Part shown: positions 9,874-19,172 of the stretch, one piece after another
Layout of the letters: every line of letters begins with the position of its first letter
Position numbering within the stretch: the stretch's first letter is position 1
DNA from: Candidatus Omnitrophota bacterium
GTDB taxonomy: Bacteria; Omnitrophota; Gorgyraeia; Zapsychrales; Fredricksoniimonadaceae
Assembly: GCA_044225175.1 (NCBI GenBank)
Contig: JBGAJA010000001.1
Location: forward strand, 134,994-198,993
Reading direction: 5' to 3'
Length of the DNA stretch: 64,000 nt
Program-made: the position numbers and the translations under genes
Notes under the pieces: model-generated
What the model saw: the letters and a program-made list of their open reading frames with translations, nothing else
Database searches by the model: none
What the model was told of the DNA's origin: nothing

Positions 9874-12774
9874 ATGAAATTTAAATTTGATGCTAATCAA
9901 CAATATCAACTAGACGCTGTGAATGCAGTAGTCGAGCTTTTTAAAGGGCAGCGTGAGAACCGCGGAGCCTATGAGATCAGTTTTCGCAAAGAGACTCAGT
10001 TTATGGGGCAATCCATGACTCAGAAAACGCTTGGTTTGGGGAATAATTTGGATATTGATGACGCTATTCTGCAAGATAATCTCACCTTAGTTCAAAAGAA
10101 TAACAGTATTTTTCAAGAAGCCTCAATTCATTCTAGAGGGCGGAATTTCTCTATTGAGATGGAAACAGGGACGGGTAAGACCTATGTTTATCTGCGAATG
10201 CTTTTTGAATTGAATAAAGTTTATGGTTTTAAGAAATTTATCATTGTTGTGCCATCGGTGGCCATCCGTGAAGGGGTTTTGAAATCTATTGAGATGATGG
10301 AGTCGCATTTTCGTGAGCTTTATAACAATGTGCCTTTTGATAAATTCCTTTATGATTCCAAAGATGTTGCCAAGCTTCGAGGGTTTGCCACAAGCAATGA
10401 AATGCAATTGATGATTATTAATATCGATTCATTCAACAAAAAATCTATCAACATCATTTATGACTATCGCGACCAGATGAGCGGCTATAAGCCGATTGAA
10501 TTTGTGCAGGCAACAAATCCTATTGTCATTATGGATGAGCCACAGAATATGGAAAGTGATAAGGCCAAAGAAGCCATTGCCTCTCTAAATCCGTTATGTA
10601 CGTTACGTTATTCTGCAACACATCGGGATAAGTACAATCTCATTTATCAATTAGATCCGATTAAAGCCTTCCAGATGCGCTTGGTTAAGAAGATATCAGT
10701 GAATTCCGTCACAGCTGAAAGCGATCCCACGCAAACATATCTAAGGGTGGAAGAAATCAAGAATCAAAGAGGCAGTTTTAAGGTCAAGCTTTCCTATTTT
10801 GAGCAAACTAAAGATGGGGTTCAAAAGAAAAGTAAGCAGTTTAAACAGCACGATGATCTTTTTGTGGCTTCTAAAGAATATGAGCCATATCGCAATGGAT
10901 TTGTTATTGATGAAATAAATGCGCGCCCGGGGATGGAGTTTGTGCGGTTTGCTAATGGAATTAGGCTGGGACTTGGGGAAGAGCAGGGAGGCAACCGAGA
11001 CGATATTGTAAAGAAGCAAATTAAAGAGACGATCAAAGCTCATTTTGAAAAAGAATATCAGGTCAAGGATATGGGTATCAAGGTATTGTCCTTATTCTTT
11101 TTGGATCGTGTTGAAAATTACCGTATTCATAAAAAAGATAGTTATGAATTAGGGAAATATGCCCAGTGGTTTGAAGAAATTTATACCAAGCTAGGGCAAG
11201 AATACCAAACATTGTTTAAGCAAGATGTTATGCCCGCTGATAAAGTCCACAATGGTTATTTTGCCAAAGATAAAAAGGGTGATTATAAGAATACATCGGG
11301 TGATACCAAGGATGATGAGGATACATATTCCCTGATCATGCAGGATAAAGAAAAACTTTTGGATCTATCTAATTCCTTGAAGTTTATTTTTTCGCATTCG
11401 GCTCTTCGTGAAGGATGGGACAATCCAAATGTTTTTCAAATCTGTAATTTGAGAGAAATGGGAACTGCTACGGAACGCAGGCAAACAATTGGACGAGGGT
11501 TGCGTTTGCCAGTGTCAGCATTAACAGGTGAACGGGTTCGTGATGAATATGTAAATAATTTAGTCGTGGTATGCACGGAATCTTTTAAAGACTTTGTGGA
11601 AGGTCTACAGAAAGAATTAGAAGACGATTGTGGCGTTGTTTTTGGTCGTTTGCCAATTGAAGCGTTTGTGGGGATTGATTTTAAGCAGTATGGCATGGAC
11701 AAGCTTGATAAAGAGTCATCCCAAGAGATTTGGAATCACCTTAAGAAAGACAAAGTGATCGCGGATGATGGGTTAATCTTATCGGCCTTTAAGGAAAAGG
11801 TCGATGCTCATACTTTTTCTGTTCCCGAAAAATACAAAGAAGTCACGAATGATATTATTCGCGCCATTGAGCAGTATCAAATGGAGCGCCATATCGAGGA
11901 TCATAATAAGAAGGTTAGAGTAAAGGTTAATGAAAAAGTTCTTTTAGATCCTGAATTTGAGAAATTCTGGAAGGCCATTAATACCAAAACAATTTATTCG
12001 GTCAAATACTCAACAGATGAGCTTATTGACAATGCTGTGCATGCGATATCCAAGATACCTAGGGTAGAACCATTGAGATTGCGCTCTGTTCTGGTTGGTC
12101 TTGATATTGATCAACGTGGGGTTACGGCTACCATGGAAAAGACTCCAGATGTGGAATATTCCAGTAAAGCTGTTCAACTGCCCGACATTTTATCTTATGT
12201 GCAAAGCAAGGTTGAACTAACACGCAGTACTATTTTTCAGATTTTAAAGAAATCCAGCCGATTGGATGAGTTTTCTATCAATCCCCAGCAATTTATGGAT
12301 GCTGTTGTTAAGGAAATCCGAGATGTACTTCACCGAATGGTGATTGAAGGAATTCAGTATGAAAAGCTTGATGAAATATCTTATGAGATGTCTTTATTCC
12401 GTGTAGATGAGCACAAAATGATGTTTGCGCAGGATAGAGTGGTGCCCACACAAAAGTCAGTCTATGACTATATTTTATGGGAATCAGGGGTAGAAAAGCG
12501 ATTTGCTGAAGGATTGGAAGGTTTAAAGAATATCAAATATTTTATTAAATTGCCCAGCTGGTTCAAAATTGAAACGCCTATTGGTACATATAATCCCGAT
12601 TGGGCAATTTTGAAGGAAAACGGCAAGATTGTCTATATGGTTCGAGAAACCAAGGCAACGAAGGAACAATTGAAACTGCGCTTACCCGAAGTAGACAAAA
12701 TCGAATGCGGCCGCCAGCATTTTCTCGCAATTGGCGTGAATTATGATGTTGCCACTTCGGTTGAAGAATTATGA
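9874..12774 (+). CDS. res: Type III restriction endonuclease (Res)
   Basis: EMETGTGKT, DEPQ, ALREGWDNPNV, QTIGRGLR, C-terminal YNPDW-x-ETK nuclease motif. Confidence 0.92.
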   Translation: MKFKFDANQQYQLDAVNAVVELFKGQRENRGAYEISFRKETQFMGQSMTQKTLGLGNNLDIDDAILQDNLTLVQKNNSIFQEASIHSRGRNFSIEMETGTGKTYVYLRMLFELNKVYGFKKFIIVVPSVAIREGVLKSIEMMESHFRELYNNVPFDKFLYDSKDVAKLRGFATSNEMQLMIINIDSFNKKSINIIYDYRDQMSGYKPIEFVQATNPIVIMDEPQNMESDKAKEAIASLNPLCTLRYSATHRDKYNLIYQLDPIKAFQMRLVKKISVNSVTAESDPTQTYLRVEEIKNQRGSFKVKLSYFEQTKDGVQKKSKQFKQHDDLFVASKEYEPYRNGFVIDEINARPGMEFVRFANGIRLGLGEEQGGNRDDIVKKQIKETIKAHFEKEYQVKDMGIKVLSLFFLDRVENYRIHKKDSYELGKYAQWFEEIYTKLGQEYQTLFKQDVMPADKVHNGYFAKDKKGDYKNTSGDTKDDEDTYSLIMQDKEKLLDLSNSLKFIFSHSALREGWDNPNVFQICNLREMGTATERRQTIGRGLRLPVSALTGERVRDEYVNNLVVVCTESFKDFVEGLQKELEDDCGVVFGRLPIEAFVGIDFKQYGMDKLDKESSQEIWNHLKKDKVIADDGLILSAFKEKVDAHTFSVPEKYKEVTNDIIRAIEQYQMERHIEDHNKKVRVKVNEKVLLDPEFEKFWKAINTKTIYSVKYSTDELIDNAVHAISKIPRVEPLRLRSVLVGLDIDQRGVTATMEKTPDVEYSSKAVQLPDILSYVQSKVELTRSTIFQILKKSSRLDEFSINPQQFMDAVVKEIRDVLHRMVIEGIQYEKLDEISYEMSLFRVDEHKMMFAQDRVVPTQKSVYDYILWESGVEKRFAEGLEGLKNIKYFIKLPSWFKIETPIGTYNPDWAILKENGKIVYMVRETKATKEQLKLRLPEVDKIECGRQHFLAIGVNYDVATSVEEL

Positions 12775-12808
12775 AAAACCTAACGCCACTTAAAAGCACA
12801 TTAATATC

Positions 12809-13957
12809 ATGACCCGAGGCATTTTAATAGAAATTAACCCACAGCTCTTAAGATATGCTAGAGAGAGGGTTGGTTTGAATATTGAAGAAGCTGAAGCGCA
12901 TTCTGGTGTAGGCGATTTAGCTGTTCTAGAAAAGTCCGGGGGATATCTAAATTTATCCAATCTACGACAGCTCTCAAGTCTTTACAAAAGAGCTATTCCA
13001 TTCTTCTTATTGCCTGAGACTCCTAAAGAAAAACCAATACCAACAGAATTGAGAACAATTGCATCCCAAAGAAATGTTCATTTTTCATATGAAACTTGGT
13101 TAGCATTTAATAGAGGGTTGGATATACAAGCTATTGCTAAAGAATTGGCTGACAATATCGGCTATAAGAATAAATTGAACTTTAAATATATTAACTTAGA
13201 AAATGATCCGGAAAACGAAGCTCTAAATTTTAGAAAACATATAAAGCTGACTTTAGAAATACAAAGGAAATGGAAGAATTCTAGCGCTGCGTATACAGAA
13301 TTAAGAAAAATGATTGAAGAGATAGGTATCCTCACAGCTCAATGGCCTTTTCCATTTGAAGAAGCGAGAGGTTTTGCTATTAATGATCTAGAATTTCCAA
13401 TGATTATGGTTAATAGTAAAGACTGGCTTAATGGTCAGATATTTACTCTCTGTCATGAGCTCGCTCATATCTTGCTTAATCATAGTGGAGTTGTTCAAAA
13501 TGATCTCACCTTAACTTCCCGCCATAGAACAATAGAATCATTCTGTAATCATTTCGCTGGCGCGGTACTTGTTCCTAAGAAGGCCTTACTTGACAAATTA
13601 CCCTCAGATATTAATTTTGAGAAGGAGGAAGACGATTCAAAACTGCAAAGGTTGGCAACTTTCTTTCGTGTAAGTAAAGAAGCTATTCTTAGAAGGCTTG
13701 TAATTTTAGAGATAGTAAAACAAGATTTCTACAAGACCAAAAGAGCCCAGTGGGAAGTAGAATTCAAAAAATTATCTCCTCGCAAGATATTTGCTTCGGA
13801 CCCAGCTAAGCAATGCCTTACAAGAAACGGAAAGAAAGTCCTCGAATTAGGCTTTAAGAATTATAATTCCGGTAAAATCGGTGATTACGACTTTGGCTCT
13901 TATTTTAATGTTAAAGCTAAACATATTTCTAATATTGAACATATTTACCATTCATGA
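12809..13957 (+). CDS. XRE-family HTH fused to ImmA/IrrE zinc metallopeptidase
   Basis: N-terminal INPQLLRYARERVGL HTH; FTLCHELAH (HExxH) and E-x-FCNHFAGAVLVP. Confidence 0.88.
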   Translation: MTRGILIEINPQLLRYARERVGLNIEEAEAHSGVGDLAVLEKSGGYLNLSNLRQLSSLYKRAIPFFLLPETPKEKPIPTELRTIASQRNVHFSYETWLAFNRGLDIQAIAKELADNIGYKNKLNFKYINLENDPENEALNFRKHIKLTLEIQRKWKNSSAAYTELRKMIEEIGILTAQWPFPFEEARGFAINDLEFPMIMVNSKDWLNGQIFTLCHELAHILLNHSGVVQNDLTLTSRHRTIESFCNHFAGAVLVPKKALLDKLPSDINFEKEEDDSKLQRLATFFRVSKEAILRRLVILEIVKQDFYKTKRAQWEVEFKKLSPRKIFASDPAKQCLTRNGKKVLELGFKNYNSGKIGDYDFGSYFNVKAKHISNIEHIYHS

Positions 13958-14397
13958 AGAAATATTGTTTTGATACCTCAAGTTATATTCAATTTAAGCG
14001 ATATTACCCGCAAATACATCCAAAATTTAAAGATGACTGGACAAAATTCGAAGCAATGATTGACAAGGGATTAATTGTTTCCCCAAATGAAGTATTCGAA
14101 GAAATTGAAGAAGGTGGAGATGGGCTTTTTGATTGGATAAGAACCAGAAAAGATAAGATATTTGTTCTGCCAGATACGGCGATTTTTCAAAAGATGGGAG
14201 ATTTACTTAAAACTCATCCTGAATTACATGACATAAAAAAGAAGAGACATGATGCCGATCCATATGTAGTAGCTTTTGCTTCCTTAAATGGTGCAATTGT
14301 GGTTGCAGAAGAAAAGAAAATAAGGCTAATTTGTGAGAAATATAAAATAAAATCTATAAGTTTATTGGAATTCTTTAATGAATGTGACTTTCAATAA
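13954..14397 (+). CDS. PIN-domain protein (DUF4411-like), putative toxin
   Basis: YCFDTS, VFEE, ADPYVVA acidic PIN motifs; ATGA overlap with peptidase gene. Confidence 0.8.
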   Translation: MKKYCFDTSSYIQFKRYYPQIHPKFKDDWTKFEAMIDKGLIVSPNEVFEEIEEGGDGLFDWIRTRKDKIFVLPDTAIFQKMGDLLKTHPELHDIKKKRHDADPYVVAFASLNGAIVVAEEKKIRLICEKYKIKSISLLEFFNECDFQ

Positions 14398-14399
14398 AG

Positions 14400-14420
14400 A
14401 ATAGGGACGCACCCCTAGTA
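14400..14420. repeat. Imperfect palindrome AATAGGGACGCACCCCTAGTA, right boundary of defence cassette
   Basis: Related to 4396-4416; begins 2 nt after the PIN stop codon. Confidence 0.5.
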
Positions 14421-14436
14421 TTAAGGATAGGTAATC

Positions 14437-15096
14437 ATGGACAAAACCTTTTGGCATCACAAGTGGGAGGCAGGTGATACTGCGTTTCACCAAGATCAAG
14501 TTAATCCTGCTTTATGTAAATATTTCGATCAACTGAAAGTTAATAAAGGTGCGCGTATTCTTGTTCCTCTATGCGGTAAAACCTCAGATATAGCGTGGCT
14601 TTTATCGCAAGGGTATCAGGTGGTCGGGGTTGAATTAAGCCAAAAGGCCATTGATCAATTATTTGAAAACCTTGGAACTAAACCAATGATCAACCGTTTG
14701 GGTGCGTTTGAGCATTATCATGCTGAAAATATAGATATTTTGATAGGGGATTTCTTTCAGGTATCCAAAGGGATACTAGGCCATGTGGACGCCGTTTATG
14801 ATCGAGCCGCTTTGGTTGCTTTGCCTTATGAAATGCGAGAAAAATATACCAAACATTTATCGAGCATCTCAAATCAGGTGCCTCAATTACTGATTTGCTA
14901 TGAGTATGATCAGCGTTTACAAGAAGGCCCGCCTTTTTCAGTAAATAAAGAGGAAGTGAAGCGGCATTACAGCAATTTGTTTGAATTAACATTGCTTGAA
15001 ACGATAGACATTCCAGGCGGGCTTAAAGGTAAATGTGCTGCTCAAGAGGATGTGTGGTTGTTAAAAGCAAGAACAGGTAAGCAGAAAAATGTTTAA
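14437..15096 (+). CDS. tpm: Thiopurine S-methyltransferase
   Basis: FWHHKW, VPLCGK, GVELS, YDRAALVALP, GPPFSV. Confidence 0.92.
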   Translation: MDKTFWHHKWEAGDTAFHQDQVNPALCKYFDQLKVNKGARILVPLCGKTSDIAWLLSQGYQVVGVELSQKAIDQLFENLGTKPMINRLGAFEHYHAENIDILIGDFFQVSKGILGHVDAVYDRAALVALPYEMREKYTKHLSSISNQVPQLLICYEYDQRLQEGPPFSVNKEEVKRHYSNLFELTLLETIDIPGGLKGKCAAQEDVWLLKARTGKQKNV

Positions 15097-15223
15097 CGCA
15101 GCTGTAGTTTGTGGTAAAAAGTAGGTCAACGGTTTCCCAAATCGTTTGATATATAGCAGGGCGCCTTTCCCCGGGTGCAGAGAAATAAAATCCAAATTAA
15201 CCTGACTCTTCAAGGAGGGGAAA

Positions 15224-16060
15224 ATGAATCTTCAGAAAATCAACGGTCAAAAATCAGTGTTCGAAAGTATTAAACAGCAATCACCAGAAGGTCAAGAATT
15301 TTGGTTAGCTAGAGAGTTTCAGAATATTTTGGATTATAAAGAATGGCGTAAGTTTTCTAACGTTATAGAAAAAGCAAAAGAAGCTTGTATCAATTCAGGT
15401 TACAAGATAAGTGACCATTTCGTCCATATGGACAAAATGGTCCAAATTGGATCTAAAACTCATAGAGTTGTATCCGATATCAGGCTGTCTAGATATGCCT
15501 GCTATTTAATCGTTCAAAACGCTGATCCGTCCAAACCTATCGTTGCATTAGGGCAAACCTATTTTGCGGTACAAACACGCAAACAGGAAATCATGGAGCG
15601 GGAGGATTATGCGAATTTAAGATCAGAAGATGAAAAACGTTTATTTTTACGTAATCAATTAAAGGTTAATAATAAGAAATTAGCAGGTGCTGCCAAAGAA
15701 GCAGGTGTCATTACAGCCTTGGATTATGCTATTTTTCAAGATCATGGATATAAAGGGCTTTACGGTGGTTTAGGAGCTAAAGATTTGCATGAACGTAAAC
15801 GATTGAAGAAAAGTCAGGAAATATTGGATCATATGGGCAGCACAGAGTTAGCAGCCAATCTATTTAGAGCAACTCAGACGGAAGAAAAGATCAAGCGTGA
15901 GCAAATTAAGGGTAAGATTAAAGCTAATGTTACGCATTATGAAGTAGGACAAAAAGTTCGCCAGACCATTAAGGAATTGGGCGGTACTATGCCTGAACAG
16001 TTGCCCGCCTCAGATAATATTAAAGTAGTTAAGAAGAAGCTATTAAAAGTTCGAAGGTAG
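15224..16060 (+). CDS. dinD: DNA damage-inducible protein D (Bro-N domain)
   Basis: WLARE, LSRYACYLIVQNADPSK, GSTELAANLFRATQTEEK, GGTMPE. Confidence 0.9.
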   Translation: MNLQKINGQKSVFESIKQQSPEGQEFWLAREFQNILDYKEWRKFSNVIEKAKEACINSGYKISDHFVHMDKMVQIGSKTHRVVSDIRLSRYACYLIVQNADPSKPIVALGQTYFAVQTRKQEIMEREDYANLRSEDEKRLFLRNQLKVNNKKLAGAAKEAGVITALDYAIFQDHGYKGLYGGLGAKDLHERKRLKKSQEILDHMGSTELAANLFRATQTEEKIKREQIKGKIKANVTHYEVGQKVRQTIKELGGTMPEQLPASDNIKVVKKKLLKVRR

Positions 16061-16061
16061 A

Positions 16062-16340
16062 ATGAAGAAAGAAAAAGGTGCGCCAATGAATCAGGAAAAT
16101 TCTAAAATGGATAAAGATACCTTACGGACAGTTTTGGCTAATGAACGTACAATGCTGGCGTATGTTCGCACTGCATTGTCGGCGGTTATTTTCGGCATGG
16201 CGATATTGAAGTTCTTTTATGAGTCTGCTTTTTTGGTTGTTATCGGCTGGGTGGCGGTTATTAGCGGGATCTATGTTTTTGTACGGGGAATGTTGGAGTA
16301 TGCCATGCGTAATCGAACCATCCGAAACATGAATGATTAA
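16062..16340 (+). CDS. DUF202/YidH family membrane protein
   Basis: RTVLANERTMLAYVRTAL; start may be a later Met. Confidence 0.85.
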   Translation: MKKEKGAPMNQENSKMDKDTLRTVLANERTMLAYVRTALSAVIFGMAILKFFYESAFLVVIGWVAVISGIYVFVRGMLEYAMRNRTIRNMND

Positions 16341-16466
16341 ATAATCAGGACACGATGAATTTCTAAAAGAGTAATTCCGGCAATTGTTGGGGTGGGATTA
16401 CATTTAACAAAGGCAGTGATTTTGTAGTAGCGATGTTGATAGGCATGGCGTTGGCTAAATTCCTCC

Positions 16467-16530
16467 GTATTACCACGTAGTTTCTTACGTATTTCATCGA
16501 ATTTATTTCCTTCCTAGCTCCAGCTACAAT
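16467..16530 (+). promoter_or_regulatory. Conserved operator-like motif plus -10 box (copy A)
   Basis: GTATTACCACGTAGTTTCTTACGTATTTCATCGAAT with TACAAT starting 58 nt after the motif start; same geometry at 20548 and 22200. Confidence 0.75.
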
Positions 16531-16536
16531 TAAAGC

Positions 16537-16947
16537 ATGTTTAAACCATGCATCTTACTGATTGAAGACCACAAAGAATACCGGGAAGCTGTATTACATT
16601 TTCTCGAGTTAAGTAATATCAAGGCGCATTTTTTAGAAGCTTCTTCAGGGGAAGAGGGTGTGCTTTTAGCCAAAACAAAGAAGCCTAGCATTGTAATCAT
16701 AGATTTCTCTTTGGGAGGGATTGATGGATTGGAGGTATCCCGCCAAATTAAAAAATATCTGCCTCAATGCAGCATTATCATGCTCAGCATGTACGACCCC
16801 AAGGAAATTCTTCGAAGAAATGGACACGGAAATGTCAGCTCTTTTGTCAATAAAAGCGATCTATATGAACAGCTTGTACCTGCTATTAACAAGATTCTGA
16901 TTGATTCTAAAAAGAATAGAAAATATTTATTGAGTAAGAAAGGGTAG
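16537..16947 (+). CDS. Stand-alone response regulator receiver
   Basis: LLIEDH, IIDFSL, IMLS, FVNK; no output domain. Confidence 0.85.
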   Translation: MFKPCILLIEDHKEYREAVLHFLELSNIKAHFLEASSGEEGVLLAKTKKPSIVIIDFSLGGIDGLEVSRQIKKYLPQCSIIMLSMYDPKEILRRNGHGNVSSFVNKSDLYEQLVPAINKILIDSKKNRKYLLSKKG

Positions 16948-16949
16948 TT

Positions 16950-19172
16950 ATGTTTTGGAAATGGTTTCCATGGAGGTATTTGGTACGAAATGCTGCACGC
17001 AGGCGGGGTTTTTTGGATCCAGTCAAGATTCTTTCTCAAACACAAAATTTTGTTCAACCTTCGGAAGTAGCTGCACCTACGGAATTATTACGCTTGGGTG
17101 TTGTTTTACACGCCCGAGGGTTGATGAACAGTCTAGCGATTCAGCATAATCTTGACTGGATCTGGCCTTATTGGGTGGAATGTCAATACAATCCCCGCAA
17201 TCAAGCATTTATCCCTCGTGCATTTTCTTTGACACAAATCAATCTTACACAACGAAATTGGACGGCCATAGGCCTTCCCGGAAGCGACAAATTTCCCATT
17301 GTAGATCCACGAGGTCTTTTAACGCCGCATTATGACGGATGGTCTATTGATGTCTGGATTATTCCTAAAAACGGCCAGCCTTTGATTCCATCACGGATGC
17401 CATCGGTTGCTCAGAAATTAAATATCAACGGTAATCTTTCGGTCACAACGCAATCTTGTCTTGATCAAATGGAACTTCGCACGAAGGCGCAGGTCATTGG
17501 TTCTCCTGAATCACCTATTTGCAGAATGGAAATTTCTGGATTCTCGCTATTAGATGCTTGGCTAGTTATATCGTTACGTCCATATAATCCCGAAGGGGTA
17601 AGTTTTATTCAAAATATCGCTTTGCTGGACCATCATTTGGGTTGGCAGGTGAATAAGAAGCATCGTGTATATTTCGATACCCCTACCGATCAATGTGAAT
17701 TTTCTTATTATGCTCATGGAGATGTTTATAGCCGCCTGCCTGCCGGACAGGCAGCTTTGCCATCCAAAGAAGACAAGACCGAAGTTTTCTGTAAAGTTGG
17801 TATGGCAACCGCCGCAGCCATGTATCGAATCAAAGGTGGGAAAGAGCGTGAGATTGTTGTTGAAATACCATTGATAGACTTTCCTTTTGAAAAAGAATCT
17901 CATGAACATTATCCACAAGTGGCAGAGAAATCCTGGGACAATAATTTAAAAAATAAATGTTCTTTGAAAATCCCTGATCAACATTTTCAGTTTCTTTATG
18001 AGGCAGCGATACGTACGTTGATATTGCATTCTCCTAATGAAGTGTATCCTGGACCTTTTCTTTATCGGCGATTTTGGTTTCGTGATGCTGCATTCATTTT
18101 GAATGCTTTATTATGTGTAGGTTTTAAGGAACGTGTAGCCATGGTCCTGGATTGTTTTCGTCATAAACAGAATAGAAATGGATATTTTCTTTCCCAAGAA
18201 GGTGAATGGGATTCCAATGGGGAAGCATTGTGGATCATGCAGCGTTATTGTGCGTTGACTGGAAATCCACCACCGGATCAATGGAAGCAATCTATTGATA
18301 AAGGTGGACGCTGGATCCATGAAAAACGTTTGCCTGCCGGCTCAAAATTGGATCACGCGGGTTTACTTCCTGCGGGATTTAGTGCCGAACATTTTGGACC
18401 GAATGATTTTTATTATTGGGATGATTTCTGGGGTGTGGCTGGTTTAAAATCAGCGGCAAGTTTATGTAAGGCCTATAAAGATAATAATGAAGCTGGACAT
18501 TTTGAAGAAGAGGCTCATAAGTTATCAGAGTGTATTGATCAAAGTCTTAAACATGTGAGTTCACGTTTAAAAAGATTAGCTGTCCCATCATCCCCATATA
18601 GGCGTTTGGATACAGCAGCTATAGGTTCTTTAGTGGCAAGTTATCCTTTGCGTTTATGGAAAGAAGATGATTCTCGGATGTTGGATACAATTGAGTTTTT
18701 AATGCAAATGTGCATGTTCGAAGATGGTTTTTTTCATGATATGAGTCATTCAGGAATTAACCCTTATCTGACTCTCCATTTGGCGCAGGCTCTTTTACGG
18801 GCTGGAGATAAACGATATTTTGATTTGATGAAAGCAATTGCCAAGCTTGCTTCACCAACGGGACAATGGCCGGAAGCGATACATCCTATTACTAAAGGAG
18901 GATGTATGGGCGATGGACAACATGCCTGGGCTGCTGCAGAATGGATTATGATGATCAGAAATTGTTTTGTGCGTGAAGAGGAAAATCGATTGATTTTATG
19001 TTCAGGAATTCCAAAAGAATGGCTTGATAAGCAACAGACTATGTCTTTTGGACCAACTCCAACAGAATTTGGTGATATCCAAATAATCATCACATTTGCC
19101 GGAGAAAAACCAAAAGTAGAATGGAAAGGTCAATGGCGTGGAAAGTCACCTGAAATTGAGGTGCGACTATGA
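16950..19172 (+). CDS. Six-hairpin glycosidase-like (GH15/GH65-like) protein
   Basis: YRRFWFRDAAF, EWDSNG, SAEH, WPEAIHP-x-MGDGQH motifs. Confidence 0.65.
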   Translation: MFWKWFPWRYLVRNAARRRGFLDPVKILSQTQNFVQPSEVAAPTELLRLGVVLHARGLMNSLAIQHNLDWIWPYWVECQYNPRNQAFIPRAFSLTQINLTQRNWTAIGLPGSDKFPIVDPRGLLTPHYDGWSIDVWIIPKNGQPLIPSRMPSVAQKLNINGNLSVTTQSCLDQMELRTKAQVIGSPESPICRMEISGFSLLDAWLVISLRPYNPEGVSFIQNIALLDHHLGWQVNKKHRVYFDTPTDQCEFSYYAHGDVYSRLPAGQAALPSKEDKTEVFCKVGMATAAAMYRIKGGKEREIVVEIPLIDFPFEKESHEHYPQVAEKSWDNNLKNKCSLKIPDQHFQFLYEAAIRTLILHSPNEVYPGPFLYRRFWFRDAAFILNALLCVGFKERVAMVLDCFRHKQNRNGYFLSQEGEWDSNGEALWIMQRYCALTGNPPPDQWKQSIDKGGRWIHEKRLPAGSKLDHAGLLPAGFSAEHFGPNDFYYWDDFWGVAGLKSAASLCKAYKDNNEAGHFEEEAHKLSECIDQSLKHVSSRLKRLAVPSSPYRRLDTAAIGSLVASYPLRLWKEDDSRMLDTIEFLMQMCMFEDGFFHDMSHSGINPYLTLHLAQALLRAGDKRYFDLMKAIAKLASPTGQWPEAIHPITKGGCMGDGQHAWAAAEWIMMIRNCFVREEENRLILCSGIPKEWLDKQQTMSFGPTPTEFGDIQIIITFAGEKPKVEWKGQWRGKSPEIEVRL

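Noticed and set aside
5127-12774. BREX or DISARM call for the helicase/methylase cluster
   Set aside because: No PglZ, BrxC, DUF1998 or PLD genes; mod/res are canonical type III
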